The translations under genes were made by a program, and so were the position numbers. From Clostridiales bacterium (lineage in GTDB: Bacteria > Bacillota > Clostridia > Oscillospirales > Acutalibacteraceae), in the NCBI GenBank assembly GCA_022800315.1, contig JAAWQC010000007.1:6907-70906 (forward strand): a stretch of 64,000 nucleotides of DNA, in the 5' to 3' direction. Positions 53,610 through 63,791 of this stretch are shown in pieces (within the stretch, counting starts at the first letter, position 1; each line of letters starts with the position of its first letter). The notes under the pieces are model-generated. The model was given only the letters and a program-made list of their open reading frames with translations, was not told the origin of the DNA and made no database searches.

Positions 53610-54947
53610 ATGGACGCACAAATGAACAACCCCCTGGCTCAGCGAAAGCGCCGGCGCAAAAGCCTCGTCATGACCGTGCTGGCCCTCGTACTGACGGCGG
53701 CCGCGCTGAGCTGCCTGCTGATGCCCTTCGTCACCTTCACCCTTAACAAGACCAGCTACACCTTTCAGCTGTGGCAGGTACTCACCGGGTACATGAACGT
53801 GCGGGACACCCTCATTTCCCTGCCTCTGACCGCTAAGGCGGGCACCGTGCTTCTGCCCCTGCTGGCGCTGGCCGGCGGTGTGCTCACCCTGCTGAAAAAG
53901 CACACCGCCTCCGCCGTGTGCTATGCCCTGTCCGCCCTGTGTCCCCTGGTGGTCATGATGGCGGCCAACACCCTTTCCCCCCAGTTCATCGACGCGGGCA
54001 TCAGCACCGTCAGCGTCGCCTATCACACCGGCCTTCTGGTGATGCTGGCCGCCCTGCTCCTCGCCGCCGTCCTTGCCATGTGGGCGAAGGGCGGGGAAAA
54101 GCTGGCGGAATCCATCTTTCTCGTCTTCGCCTGCCTGTCGGTGGGTTCGGTGGTCATCATCACCGTCTACATGATTGCGGCGGGAGCTCCCGCCCTGAGT
54201 GAAATCGGGCTGGGCAACTTTCTGTTCGGCACCGAGTGGGTCCCCAGCGACGGCAAGTACGGCATCGCCTACATGATCCTTTCCTCCATCGTCGGTATGC
54301 TGGGCGCCATCCTGATCGGCGTACCCATCGGACTGCTGACCGCCGTCTTCCTGGCCGAGTTGGCCCCCCGCCGTCTGGCGGGGATTGTCCGCCCGGCGGT
54401 GGAGCTGCTGGCGGGCATCCCCTCGGTCATCTACGGCTTCTTCGGCATGATGATCATCGTCCCTGCCATCCGCAGGGTGTTCCCCAGCTCCTTCGGCGAC
54501 AGCCTGCTGGCCATGGTCCTGATTCTCGCCATTATGGTGCTGCCCACCATCATCAGCGTGTCGGAGACCGCCCTGCGGGCGGTGCCCGGCGCCTACCGGG
54601 AGGCCTCCCTCGCGCTGGGCAACACCCGGGTGGGCACCATCTTCGGCGTCACCGTCCCCGCCGCCAAATCGGGGATTCTCGCCGGGGTGATTCTGGGGGT
54701 GGGCCGCGCCATCGGCGAAACCATGGCGGTGGTCATGGTCTGCGGCAACGTGGTCCAGTTTCCCCAGCTGCTGAACAGCGTGCGGCCCCTGACCTCCGGC
54801 GTGGTGCTGGAGATGAGCTACAGCTACGGGCTGCACCGGCAGGCCCTGTTCAGCATCGGTCTGATCCTCTTCATTTTCATCATGATCGTCAACATCGCGT
54901 TTACCATCATTTCTCGCAGGGGGGTGCAGATCAGTGGAAAGGAATAA
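53610..54947 (+). CDS. pstC: Phosphate ABC transporter permease PstC with a ~150-aa N-terminal 4-TM extension
   Basis: The canonical PstC core begins near EKLAESIFLVFACLS...FGTEWVPSDGKYGIAYMILSS and includes the EAA-type loop. The preceding ~150 aa are extra hydrophobic segments in the same ORF. Confidence 0.85.
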   Translation: MDAQMNNPLAQRKRRRKSLVMTVLALVLTAAALSCLLMPFVTFTLNKTSYTFQLWQVLTGYMNVRDTLISLPLTAKAGTVLLPLLALAGGVLTLLKKHTASAVCYALSALCPLVVMMAANTLSPQFIDAGISTVSVAYHTGLLVMLAALLLAAVLAMWAKGGEKLAESIFLVFACLSVGSVVIITVYMIAAGAPALSEIGLGNFLFGTEWVPSDGKYGIAYMILSSIVGMLGAILIGVPIGLLTAVFLAELAPRRLAGIVRPAVELLAGIPSVIYGFFGMMIIVPAIRRVFPSSFGDSLLAMVLILAIMVLPTIISVSETALRAVPGAYREASLALGNTRVGTIFGVTVPAAKSGILAGVILGVGRAIGETMAVVMVCGNVVQFPQLLNSVRPLTSGVVLEMSYSYGLHRQALFSIGLILFIFIMIVNIAFTIISRRGVQISGKE

Positions 54948-55857
54948 TATCGCGGTTTTGGAACCGCCCCGCACTCCCGCTCCGGTCAGCCTCTATCACA
55001 AGCAGCGGCGGCTGGGCGACGGCATCCTGACCGCCCTGATCTACCTGTCGGCGGCGGTGACCGTGCTCGTGCTGGTGGGGCTTATCGCCTACATCCTCAT
55101 ACAGGGGGTGCCCCACATCTCCTTTGAGTTCCTCTCCACCGGTTATTCCGCGCTGGAGGGCGGTCAGCGGGGTATCCTGCCCATGATTATCAATACCTTG
55201 TATATTGTCGTCATCACACTGCTGATCGTCACCCCTATCGGTATCTGTTCCGCTATCTACCTGACCCAATACGCCCGGCAGGGTAAGCTGGTGCGCAGCA
55301 TCCGCTTCGCCACCGAGGTGCTGTCCGGCGTGCCCTCCATTATTTTCGGCCTGTTCGGCTACACCGTGTTCTGCGTCATGTTCGGCTTCGGTACCTCCCT
55401 GCTGGCGGGCTGCCTGACCATGACCATCTGCATCCTGCCCACCATCGTGCGCACCACCGAGGAATCCCTCCTCGCCGTACCCGAGAGCTACAAGGAGGGC
55501 GCCCTCGCCCTGGGCGCGGGCAAGCTGCGGGTGGTGATGGGTATCGTGGTGCCCTGCGCCATGCCGGGCATCCTCACCGCCGTCATCCTCGGCATGGGAC
55601 GGCTGGTGGGAGAGTCGGCGGCCCTGCTGTTTACCTCCGGTATGGCGTACGATATGCCGAACGGCCTCCTCTCCCACATCATGGACAGCGGGCGGACACT
55701 GACCCTCCACCTGTACCAGACCGCCAAACAGGCGGTGGACCCCGATGCCTTCCAGATCGCCTACGCCACCGCCTCAGTGCTGCTGATCCTGGTATTCATT
55801 CTCAACCGCCTGGCAGGATTGCTGTCAAGGGTGTTCAGAAAGGACCAAACCGCATGA
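54934..55857 (+). CDS. pstA: Phosphate ABC transporter permease PstA
   Basis: 307 aa with PstA-type core ([27 protein letters not shown]). GTG start overlapping the pstC 3' end. Confidence 0.9.
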   Translation: MERNNIAVLEPPRTPAPVSLYHKQRRLGDGILTALIYLSAAVTVLVLVGLIAYILIQGVPHISFEFLSTGYSALEGGQRGILPMIINTLYIVVITLLIVTPIGICSAIYLTQYARQGKLVRSIRFATEVLSGVPSIIFGLFGYTVFCVMFGFGTSLLAGCLTMTICILPTIVRTTEESLLAVPESYKEGALALGAGKLRVVMGIVVPCAMPGILTAVILGMGRLVGESAALLFTSGMAYDMPNGLLSHIMDSGRTLTLHLYQTAKQAVDPDAFQIAYATASVLLILVFILNRLAGLLSRVFRKDQTA

Positions 55858-56609
55858 AAACGAAAATCGAGATCGAGAATCTCAACCTTCACTACGGCGA
55901 ATTCCAGGCCCTGAAGGGCATCTCCATGAAGATCGCGGAAAACCAGATCACCGCCTTCATCGGTCCGTCGGGCTGCGGCAAGTCCACCTGCATCAAGACC
56001 CTCAACCGGATGAACGATCTGGTGGACGGCTGCCGTATCACCGGGCGGGTATCCATCGACGGGGAGGATATCTACGACCCGCGCACCGACGTGACTCTGC
56101 TGCGCCGCCGGGCCGGCATGGTGTTTCAAAAGCCCAACCCCTTTCCCATGAGCATCTACGACAACATCGCTTACGGCCCCCGCGTCCACAAGATCAAAAA
56201 CAAACGGGAGCTGGACGAACGGGTGGAAAAGTCCCTGCGGGGCGCCGCCTTGTGGGACGAGGTAAAGGACCGGCTGAAATCCTCCGCCCTGGGCCTGTCC
56301 GGCGGGCAGCAGCAGCGGCTGTGCATCGCCCGCGCCCTGGCGGTGGAGCCCGACATCCTGCTGATGGACGAACCCACCTCCGCCCTCGACCCCATCTCCA
56401 CCCTGAAAATCGAGGACCTGATGCAGGAGCTGAAGAAAGAGTATACCGTGGTCATCGTCACCCACAACATGCAGCAGGCAGGCCGCATTGCGGACAAAAC
56501 CGCCTTTTTCCTGCTGGGCGAGATCGTGGAGTACGACGACACGGTACTGATGTTCAACACCCCCCGCGACAAGCGCACCGAGGACTATATCACCGGCCGC
56601 TTCGGTTAA
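55854..56609 (+). CDS. pstB: Phosphate import ATP-binding protein PstB
   Basis: [41 protein letters not shown] overlap with pstA. Confidence 0.95.
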   Translation: MKTKIEIENLNLHYGEFQALKGISMKIAENQITAFIGPSGCGKSTCIKTLNRMNDLVDGCRITGRVSIDGEDIYDPRTDVTLLRRRAGMVFQKPNPFPMSIYDNIAYGPRVHKIKNKRELDERVEKSLRGAALWDEVKDRLKSSALGLSGGQQQRLCIARALAVEPDILLMDEPTSALDPISTLKIEDLMQELKKEYTVVIVTHNMQQAGRIADKTAFFLLGEIVEYDDTVLMFNTPRDKRTEDYITGRFG

Positions 56610-56654
56610 TCACCGGCGGTTTGGTTACAATGATGACTGATAAGGAGAACGACT

Positions 56655-57329
56655 ATGCCGAGAACCCTATTCGATCAGGAGCTGGAGCGGCTGGGCCGCG
56701 ATCTGTCGGCTATGGGCCGGCTGGTGGATAAGATCATGCAGGGCACCATCAAGTGCCTGAAAACGATGGATATCGGGCTGGCCCGCACCATTTTTCCCCG
56801 GGACGCCGAGATCAACAGCATGGAAAAAAATATCGAGCAGAACTGTATGAATCTGCTGGCCCTGCAGCAGCCGCTGGCCGGTGACCTGCGCATCATCACC
56901 TCCACGCTGAAAATCATCACCGATATGGAGCGCATCTCCGACCAGTGCGCGGATATCTGCGAGATCCTGTCCACCGTACCCCGCATCGCCTCTCTGACCC
57001 CCTCCTCACAGATGCTGAAGATGTTCGAAAAGGCGCGGGAGATGACCGCCGGCGCGCTGGACGCCTACATCCGCCGGGACGCGGAGGCCGCCCGCGCCGT
57101 CTGTCTGGCCGACGATGAAATCGACAGCCTGTTCTCCTCCGCCGTGCTGGAGCTGTGCGGCCGCATCGGCTCCCACCCCTCCGCCGTGCCCGAAAACGTG
57201 GACTTCATGTTCATCGCCAAGTATATCGAGCGCATGGGCGACCACGCCACCAATATCGCCGAATGGGCCATTTTCGTCCAGACCGGCGTCCACCCCAACC
57301 TGAACGATACCGCCGCCCCCGAGGAATGA
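56655..57329 (+). CDS. phoU: Phosphate signalling complex protein PhoU
   Basis: 224 aa with two PhoU repeats (DxxxD motifs: ITDMERISDQCADI and IAKYIERMGDHATNI). Confidence 0.9.
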   Translation: MPRTLFDQELERLGRDLSAMGRLVDKIMQGTIKCLKTMDIGLARTIFPRDAEINSMEKNIEQNCMNLLALQQPLAGDLRIITSTLKIITDMERISDQCADICEILSTVPRIASLTPSSQMLKMFEKAREMTAGALDAYIRRDAEAARAVCLADDEIDSLFSSAVLELCGRIGSHPSAVPENVDFMFIAKYIERMGDHATNIAEWAIFVQTGVHPNLNDTAAPEE

Positions 57330-57522
57330 TTCCCCCGGCGAAAAAACGGCTGGAGCAGTTGGCGAGCGGAATGGCATAAATGGAGGCTACCGGACTGGTG
57401 CCAATTTCATCCGTTGATTGCTCTAGGCACTATAAAAAGATTATGATATGATAGAGGCAACGGATAGAATTATGTGTTATGCTGCCCGTCCTGTTTCTGA
57501 CGTGACGAAAGGAAGAATCATC

Positions 57523-58212
57523 ATGCCTTTGGCCTATATAGTCGACGACGAGCCCCACATCCGCCGTCTCGCCTCCATCAGCCTGAAGGACGCGGGTTTC
57601 GACACGGCGGAATTTTCCGACGGCGCCACCGTGCTGCGGGCGGTGGGACAGCAAAAGCCGGACGCCATCCTGCTCGACTGGATGATGCCGGGGCTGGACG
57701 GGATGGAGGTGCTGCGCCAGCTGCGGGCCAACCCGGCGACCCGGCCGGTACCGATCCTGATGATGACCGCCCGTTCCGACGAGGTGGACCGGGTGCTGGG
57801 GCTGGAGCTGGGTGCGGACGACTATGTCACCAAGCCCTTCAGCGTCAAGGAACTGGCGGCGCGGGTCCGCGCGGTAATCCGGCGGCAGGAATACCTGACC
57901 CCGCCCCAGGAACAGCTGCTGAAAAGCAACGGCATCACCCTCGATTACGCCCGCCGCCGGGTGACCAAGAACAACCAGCCGGTGGAGCTGACCCAGAAGG
58001 AATTCGAGCTGCTCTATACTCTGATGAAAGCGCCGGGCCGGGTCTTCACCCGGGAGATGCTGCTGGATACCGTGTGGAAGATCGATTTTTACGGCGATAC
58101 GCGGACGGTGGACGTCCACGTGCGCTATCTGCGGCAAAAGCTGGAGGATGAGCCGGACAATCCCAAACTGATCCTTACCGTCCGCGGCGCGGGCTACCGG
58201 TTCCGGGACTGA
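57523..58212 (+). CDS. phoP: OmpR-family response regulator (PhoP/PhoB-type)
   Basis: MPLAYIVDDEPHIRRL...DAILLDWMMPGLDG receiver domain plus a winged-helix C-terminus (RTVDVHVRYLRQKLE). ATG 57523 follows GAAAGGAAG. Confidence 0.85.
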   Translation: MPLAYIVDDEPHIRRLASISLKDAGFDTAEFSDGATVLRAVGQQKPDAILLDWMMPGLDGMEVLRQLRANPATRPVPILMMTARSDEVDRVLGLELGADDYVTKPFSVKELAARVRAVIRRQEYLTPPQEQLLKSNGITLDYARRRVTKNNQPVELTQKEFELLYTLMKAPGRVFTREMLLDTVWKIDFYGDTRTVDVHVRYLRQKLEDEPDNPKLILTVRGAGYRFRD

Positions 58213-58272
58213 TGTTCCGCCCGAGCCCGCTCCGCGGTTTTCCCTTTTCCCACTTTGAAATGAGGTGATTGA

Positions 58273-60039
58273 TTGAGAAAGCGCTTTTTTCGCGCGGCCA
58301 CCATCGCCATTGCCGCCGGCCTGTTTATCGCGTTTTTATTTGCCGTTCCCCTGATGGAACAGGTGTATATCGACGAGGCGGAGCTGCGTCTGCAGGCCGC
58401 CCTCACCCTGATGGCGGAGAACGCGAGATCGGACGGCGGCCCTCAGTCGCTCACCGAACGGACGGCGGCCGCCCTTGCGCAGGCCGGCCAGCATATCCGC
58501 CTGACCGTCATCTCCGAGGATGGCCAAGTGCTGGGGGACAGCGAATCGTCACCAGCGGGAATGGGCAGCCACGAGAATCGCAAAGAGGTGGTCAAAGCCC
58601 TGTCGGAGGGCAGGGGCCGGGATATCCGCCGCAGCGCCACGTTGGGCGGCCGGCAGCTCTATGCCGCCCTGCGCGGCGTCGGCGCCGGCGGCGAAACGGT
58701 GATATACCGCGCCGCCCTGCCATTGGACGGCATGAACCGGGTGCTGTATCTCCTATGGGGCTGCGGCGCCATCGGGATTTTCATGGGGCTGGTGGCCGCT
58801 CTCATCGCAGCCAGCTATTCCGCTGGACGGGTGGTGGAGCCCCTCCACTCCCTGACACGGGCGGCCCGCTCCATGGCGGACGGGGACGAACCAGCCGCCC
58901 TCTCCCTCTCGGAGCAGGAAGCTCCCGATGAACTGGGAGAACTTTCCCGCGCGTTCAGCCGTATGGCGGAACGGCTGGCAGCCGCCCAGCTGGACCTGGC
59001 GCAGAATAACGACCGGCTGGCCGGTGTGCTGCAGGGGATGGACGACGGAGTGATCGCAGTGGACGCGGCCGGCAGCGTCACCCTCATGACCGACCGGGCG
59101 CGGGCATTGCTGGGCGACTGCCCCGCCACTGCCGCCCACCTGTCTGAACGGGGGGTCAATTACGCCGCTATCGCCGCGCTGCTGGAAACGGTGGCCGATA
59201 CCGGCGAACCGGTGCGGGACACCCTGTTTCTCGCCGCTCCGGAGGAACGCACCCTGCAGGTATACGCCGCGCCCCTTTCCTCCGTCGTCTCCCATACGGG
59301 CGCGGAGGAGGACGGCGGTGCCCTGGCGGTCATTTCCGATATCACCCGTCTCACCAAGCTGGAGGAGATACGCAGCGAATTTGTGGCCAACGTCACCCAT
59401 GAGCTGAAAACGCCCCTGACCTCCATCCGCGGCTACATCGAACTGCTCAAAAGCGGGCCACGTGACGAGGATACCACCCACAGCTTTTACGAGATCATCG
59501 AAATCGAGGCCGAGCGGCTGCAAAAGCTGACCGATGACCTGCTGCAATTATCCGAAATCGAAAACCGACGGAGCGAGACGGAAGACCCCCTCACCTCCCT
59601 GAGCGAAATCATCGAGCGGGCCGCGGGGACACTGCGCCCCGAGGCGGAAAGCCGCGGCATCCGCCTGTACCTCTTCACCGACCCCTCCCTGATGGTAAAG
59701 GCCAATCCCCGGCGCCTGTACCAGCTTATCAAGAACCTGATGGAAAACGCCGTCAAATATAACCGCGACGGCGGCGCGGTCAACGTGTCCGCCCACGGAG
59801 AGCGGGGTCTGGCGGTCATCCGCGTCCACGACACCGGTATCGGCATCCCCGCCGAGCACCGGGAGCGGGTGTTCGAGCGGTTCTACCGGGTGGACAAAGG
59901 GCGCTCCAGGGAGCTGGGCGGCACCGGGCTGGGGCTGTCCATCGTCAAGCACATCGTCAGCCTGTACGGCGGCGACCTGCGGGTGGACAGCGAGCCGGGA
60001 GTGGGCACCACCTTCACGGTACGGCTGAAAATACAATAA
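58273..60039 (+). CDS. phoR: Sensor histidine kinase (PhoR-type): TM, extracytoplasmic domain, HAMP, PAS, HisKA, HATPase
   Basis: H-box FVANVTHELKTPLTSIRGY and N/G boxes (NAVKYN, DTGIGIP, GTGLGLSIV). TTG start after GAGGTG. Symbol assigned from context with the pst operon. Confidence 0.8.
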   Translation: MRKRFFRAATIAIAAGLFIAFLFAVPLMEQVYIDEAELRLQAALTLMAENARSDGGPQSLTERTAAALAQAGQHIRLTVISEDGQVLGDSESSPAGMGSHENRKEVVKALSEGRGRDIRRSATLGGRQLYAALRGVGAGGETVIYRAALPLDGMNRVLYLLWGCGAIGIFMGLVAALIAASYSAGRVVEPLHSLTRAARSMADGDEPAALSLSEQEAPDELGELSRAFSRMAERLAAAQLDLAQNNDRLAGVLQGMDDGVIAVDAAGSVTLMTDRARALLGDCPATAAHLSERGVNYAAIAALLETVADTGEPVRDTLFLAAPEERTLQVYAAPLSSVVSHTGAEEDGGALAVISDITRLTKLEEIRSEFVANVTHELKTPLTSIRGYIELLKSGPRDEDTTHSFYEIIEIEAERLQKLTDDLLQLSEIENRRSETEDPLTSLSEIIERAAGTLRPEAESRGIRLYLFTDPSLMVKANPRRLYQLIKNLMENAVKYNRDGGAVNVSAHGERGLAVIRVHDTGIGIPAEHRERVFERFYRVDKGRSRELGGTGLGLSIVKHIVSLYGGDLRVDSEPGVGTTFTVRLKIQ

Positions 60040-60063
60040 TTTGTACGATTCCCTTATAGTAAT

Positions 60064-60102
60064 AGACGGGGTCTGGCGATTGGCGCCGGACCCCGTCTTT
60101 TG
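60064..60102. terminator. Terminator between phoR and the convergent AraC gene
   Basis: AGACGGGGTC ... GACCCCGTCT stem with an inner GGCG/CGCC stem, followed by TTTT. Confidence 0.75.
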
Positions 60103-60117
60103 CGTGGCTGCCGTCTT

Positions 60118-60963
60118 TCAGTCTTCCACCTTCATCCGCATTATCCGCCGGTATTCGTTGGGGGTAAAGCCGGACAGCCGGCGGAAGCACTGGGAAAAAT
60201 ACGACTGGGACGAAAAACCGGTAAAAGAAGCGATTTTGGCAATATTCAGGTCGGTGGTTTTCAGCAGGGTTTTGCTCTCCTCCACCCGGCGGGCGATGAG
60301 GTAATTGATGGGAGAAATGCCGTAATCCTCGGTAAAGCTGTGGATCAGATGAAATTTGCCCACATGCAGTTCGTCTGCCAGCTCCTGCAGCGTCACCGCT
60401 TCCTTAAAATGGTCGTCGATAAACCGTTTGGCCGAGCTGCTGACCGACCGCAGCCGTCGGGAGGACACCACCGACAGGGTGAAGTTGGCCAGCCGCATCA
60501 TGTGGATAATCATAACCTCCAGCAGATTCTGGCAGACCACCTCATGATAGAGCGCCTTGTTCTCCACCTCACGCAGCATGGTTTTCAGGTACCAGTTCAT
60601 CTGGGACGCCTGTTCCTGATAATGGTAGAGCCGGTAACTGCTCGCCGCCCCCAGCGGATCGAAGGTGAATATTACATTATCTACGCCTAATACTATATAT
60701 TCCAGCGGGTGATCTTTCAGCGAGGTCTCGGTATGTTCCACATGGGGGTTGACGATCACCAGATCGTTTTCCTTAATGTCCAGGACGGTGTTTTCTACCA
60801 GGAAACGCCCTTGCCCGTGGAGCACATAGATAAACTCGGAAAAATAGTGGGAATGCATGGTGCTGTGCCAGTCGGTGTCGTACCGCGCGGCAGTGACGTA
60901 CAGCAATTTAGCGGACGGTCGTTCCCCGCCGTTGGCCGCCATTTCATACTGCTGGTTGCTCAT
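60118..60963 (-). CDS. AraC family transcriptional regulator (cupin sensor plus HTH)
   Basis: 281 aa with an N-terminal cupin-like region (HSHYFSEFIYVLHGQG) and C-terminal AraC HTH (IAKIASFTGFSSQSYFSQCFRRLSGFTPNEYRR). Confidence 0.9.
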   Translation of the reverse strand: MSNQQYEMAANGGERPSAKLLYVTAARYDTDWHSTMHSHYFSEFIYVLHGQGRFLVENTVLDIKENDLVIVNPHVEHTETSLKDHPLEYIVLGVDNVIFTFDPLGAASSYRLYHYQEQASQMNWYLKTMLREVENKALYHEVVCQNLLEVMIIHMMRLANFTLSVVSSRRLRSVSSSAKRFIDDHFKEAVTLQELADELHVGKFHLIHSFTEDYGISPINYLIARRVEESKTLLKTTDLNIAKIASFTGFSSQSYFSQCFRRLSGFTPNEYRRIMRMKVED

Positions 60964-61420
60964 GGGACAGGTCCCCTTTCAGCCGTCGCCGGCAGTGGCG
61001 GCAGGCATAACTGGTTTTGAACGTTTTTTCCCGAATTTGGGCTTTTTCGCTTTACTCTGTTACTATATTGCGTGAATCTCTTGCGATTTATACCCGCTTT
61101 TCTTTCTGGATTGTATTATATAACAAGACACCCGATCTGGCAAGCTGCCTAAAATTATAGAATATTATCATGAAATATGGCCAATTGGCGGATAACGCCC
61201 TTCATGATAGCGGAAGAACGCACAACAATGTTGAACAAAACATGTATACAGTGGGCAAAAGCTCCAAATACAGCAATATATATAAAAAATGCCGCAATAT
61301 CCAAATTGAATGCGGCCCCAAAAACGATATACTGAGATTGTAAGCAAAACACACCACCGCATTCCCCCATCGTTTTGGCATTCGAAAATAAACCAACCGA
61401 CATCAGAAGGAGTGAAGGGC

Positions 61421-62743
61421 ATGAAAAAGGCAGTATCCCTCGTGCTGGTCGCAGCAATGTCCGTCAGCGTGCTGGCAGGATGCTCCGCCAAGAACAACGA
61501 CACTGGCAGCGGCAGCAACAAAACGCTTAAGGTAGCCGCTATCGAAACCGCCTATGGCGCCGAAATGTGGAAAGAGGTCGCCGCCGCGTTTGAAAAGGCG
61601 AATCCCGGCGTAAAGGTGGAGCTGACCCTGGATAAGAATCTGGAGGACGTCATCAGCCCCAAAATGAAATCCGGCGATTATCCCGACGTCATCCACCTGG
61701 CCGTGGGCCGCACCCTGGCCCTGACCGAGACCATGACCAAGGACAACGCCATCCGTGACCTGTCCGGCATGCTGGAGATGACCGTCCCCGGTGAAGAGGT
61801 CAAGGTCAAGGACAAGATCGTCGACGGCTTTCTGGACACCCTGGTGACCAACCCCTATACCGACGGCAAAACCTATCTGTCGCCGATGTTCTACGGACCC
61901 TGCGGCCTGTTCTACGACGCCGCTTTCCTTCAGTCCAAGGGCTGGGAAGTCCCCAAGACCTGGGATGAGATGTGGGAGCTGGGCGAGAAGGCCAAGGCCG
62001 AAGGCATCGCGCTGTTCACCTATCCCACCACCGGCTACTTCGACGCTTTCTTCTACGCTCTGCTCAACGAGACGGGCGGCCCCGAGTTCTTCAACCGGGC
62101 GATGAAGTATGAAGAGGGTATCTGGGATACCCCCGAAGCCACCGAAGCCTTCAACATCGTGGCCAAGCTGGCCTCCTATACCGAAAAGAGCACGGTGGCC
62201 AACGCCAATGATTCCAACTATCTGAAGAACCAGCAGCTTATCCTGGACCACAAAGCCCTGTTCGTGCCCAACGGTACCTGGATTGTGGACGAAATGAAGG
62301 ACGCGCCCCGCGCCGACGGTTTTGAGTGGGGCTTCACCGCCCTGCCGGCCGTAACCGACGGCGGAGACCAGTATTCCTACACCTTCTTTGAGCAGGTGTG
62401 GAGCCCGAAGCAGGCGAAGAATCCCGAACTGGCCGACCAGTTCATGGCGTACCTGTACTCCGACGAGGCCGCGGCCATCTTCGCCAAGGCCGGCGCCATC
62501 CAGCCCATCAAGGGCATCAGCTCGAAGCTGGAGGGCAACAATAAGCTGTTCTACAGCATCTACGACAACGGCGCCAAGGCCGCCATGGGCACCTTCGCCA
62601 CCACCGAGCCGGTGGAGGGCGTGAGTATGAAGGATTCCCTGTTCGGCACCGTGGACAGCGTCGTCAGCGGACAGAAGACGGTGGACGAATGGAAAGCCGC
62701 CGTCAACAAGGCCAACGACGCCCTGCGCGGCGCGATGAAATAA
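61421..62743 (+). CDS. Carbohydrate ABC transporter substrate-binding lipoprotein
   Basis: MKKAVSLVLVAAMSVSVLAGCS lipobox after an AGAAGGAG RBS. Family-1 extracellular solute-binding fold, 440 aa. Confidence 0.85.
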   Translation: MKKAVSLVLVAAMSVSVLAGCSAKNNDTGSGSNKTLKVAAIETAYGAEMWKEVAAAFEKANPGVKVELTLDKNLEDVISPKMKSGDYPDVIHLAVGRTLALTETMTKDNAIRDLSGMLEMTVPGEEVKVKDKIVDGFLDTLVTNPYTDGKTYLSPMFYGPCGLFYDAAFLQSKGWEVPKTWDEMWELGEKAKAEGIALFTYPTTGYFDAFFYALLNETGGPEFFNRAMKYEEGIWDTPEATEAFNIVAKLASYTEKSTVANANDSNYLKNQQLILDHKALFVPNGTWIVDEMKDAPRADGFEWGFTALPAVTDGGDQYSYTFFEQVWSPKQAKNPELADQFMAYLYSDEAAAIFAKAGAIQPIKGISSKLEGNNKLFYSIYDNGAKAAMGTFATTEPVEGVSMKDSLFGTVDSVVSGQKTVDEWKAAVNKANDALRGAMK

Positions 62744-62879
62744 GCTGGACAGCGCCCGTTACGGCTGATACCGGAAGGCGGCGGGCAATGCCCGCCGCCT
62801 TCTCCCCTGCGGGGAAACCATCCCGCCCCAATACGGCGCACGATGCGGCGCAAATCCCTCACGACAGGAGAGTGAGCTA

Positions 62880-63776
62880 ATGGAAAAACACAAGGGACGC
62901 GGCCGATTTATCTTTTTCTGTGTGGCACCCGCCGCCGTCCTCTTCACCATCTTTATGGTGATCCCCACCCTGCAGGTGTTCTGGATGTCTCTGTTCAAGT
63001 GGGGCGGTTATTCGGCGGAGGGCAAGACCTTCGTCGGCCTGGATAATTTCCAGAAACTGCTCGGGGACGAAAAGTTCCTTCGATCCTTTCAGAACTCCGT
63101 CCTTTTGATCGTTCTGGTGACCATTGTCACCTTTGCCTTCGCCCTGCTGTTCGCCGGCATCCTGACACGGGAAAAGCTCAAGGGCCAGAATTTTTTCCGC
63201 ATCATTTTCTATATCCCCAACATTCTCTCGGTGGTGGTCATCGCCGCTATCTTCAACGCCATCTACGACCCCAACAGCGGTCTGCTCAACAGCATTCTGG
63301 GCCTCTTCACCAACCTGAAGGACAACCCGGTGCTGTGGCTGGGTGATCAGAAAATCGTGGTATTCAGCCTGGCGGGGGCCATGGTCTGGCAGGCCATCGG
63401 CTACTACATGGTCATGTACATGGCCAGCATGTCCGCCGTGCCTGAGAGCCTGTATGAGAGCGCCTCGCTGGAGGGTGCGGGACGATTCCGCCAGTTCTTC
63501 ACCATCACCGTCCCGCTGATCTGGACCAACATCCGCACCACCCTGACCTTCTTCATCATCAGTTCCATCAATCTCAGCTTCCTGTTCGTCAAGGCGATGA
63601 CCAGCGGCGGGCCGGACGGCTCCAGCGAAGTGTTCCTGAGCTATATGTACGGCCAGGCCTACACCAACTCGTCCTACGGGTACGGCATGGCCATCGGCGT
63701 GATCGTGTTCCTGTTCTCCTTTGCGCTGGCGGCGATTGTCAATGCCGTCACCAAGCGGGAACCGCTTGAATACTAA
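62880..63776 (+). CDS. Carbohydrate ABC transporter permease (MalF/UgpA-type)
   Basis: 298 aa, six TMs, EAA loop (SLYESASLEGAGRFRQFFTITVPL). Confidence 0.9.
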   Translation: MEKHKGRGRFIFFCVAPAAVLFTIFMVIPTLQVFWMSLFKWGGYSAEGKTFVGLDNFQKLLGDEKFLRSFQNSVLLIVLVTIVTFAFALLFAGILTREKLKGQNFFRIIFYIPNILSVVVIAAIFNAIYDPNSGLLNSILGLFTNLKDNPVLWLGDQKIVVFSLAGAMVWQAIGYYMVMYMASMSAVPESLYESASLEGAGRFRQFFTITVPLIWTNIRTTLTFFIISSINLSFLFVKAMTSGGPDGSSEVFLSYMYGQAYTNSSYGYGMAIGVIVFLFSFALAAIVNAVTKREPLEY

Positions 63777-63791
63777 GAAGGGGGTCGAAAC

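Noticed and set aside
61155-61521. Minus-strand ORFs of 64-117 aa in the AraC / sugar-binding-protein intergenic region.
   Set aside because: This is an AT-rich divergent promoter region. The ORFs overlap one another in different frames, lack RBSs and have no recognisable motifs.
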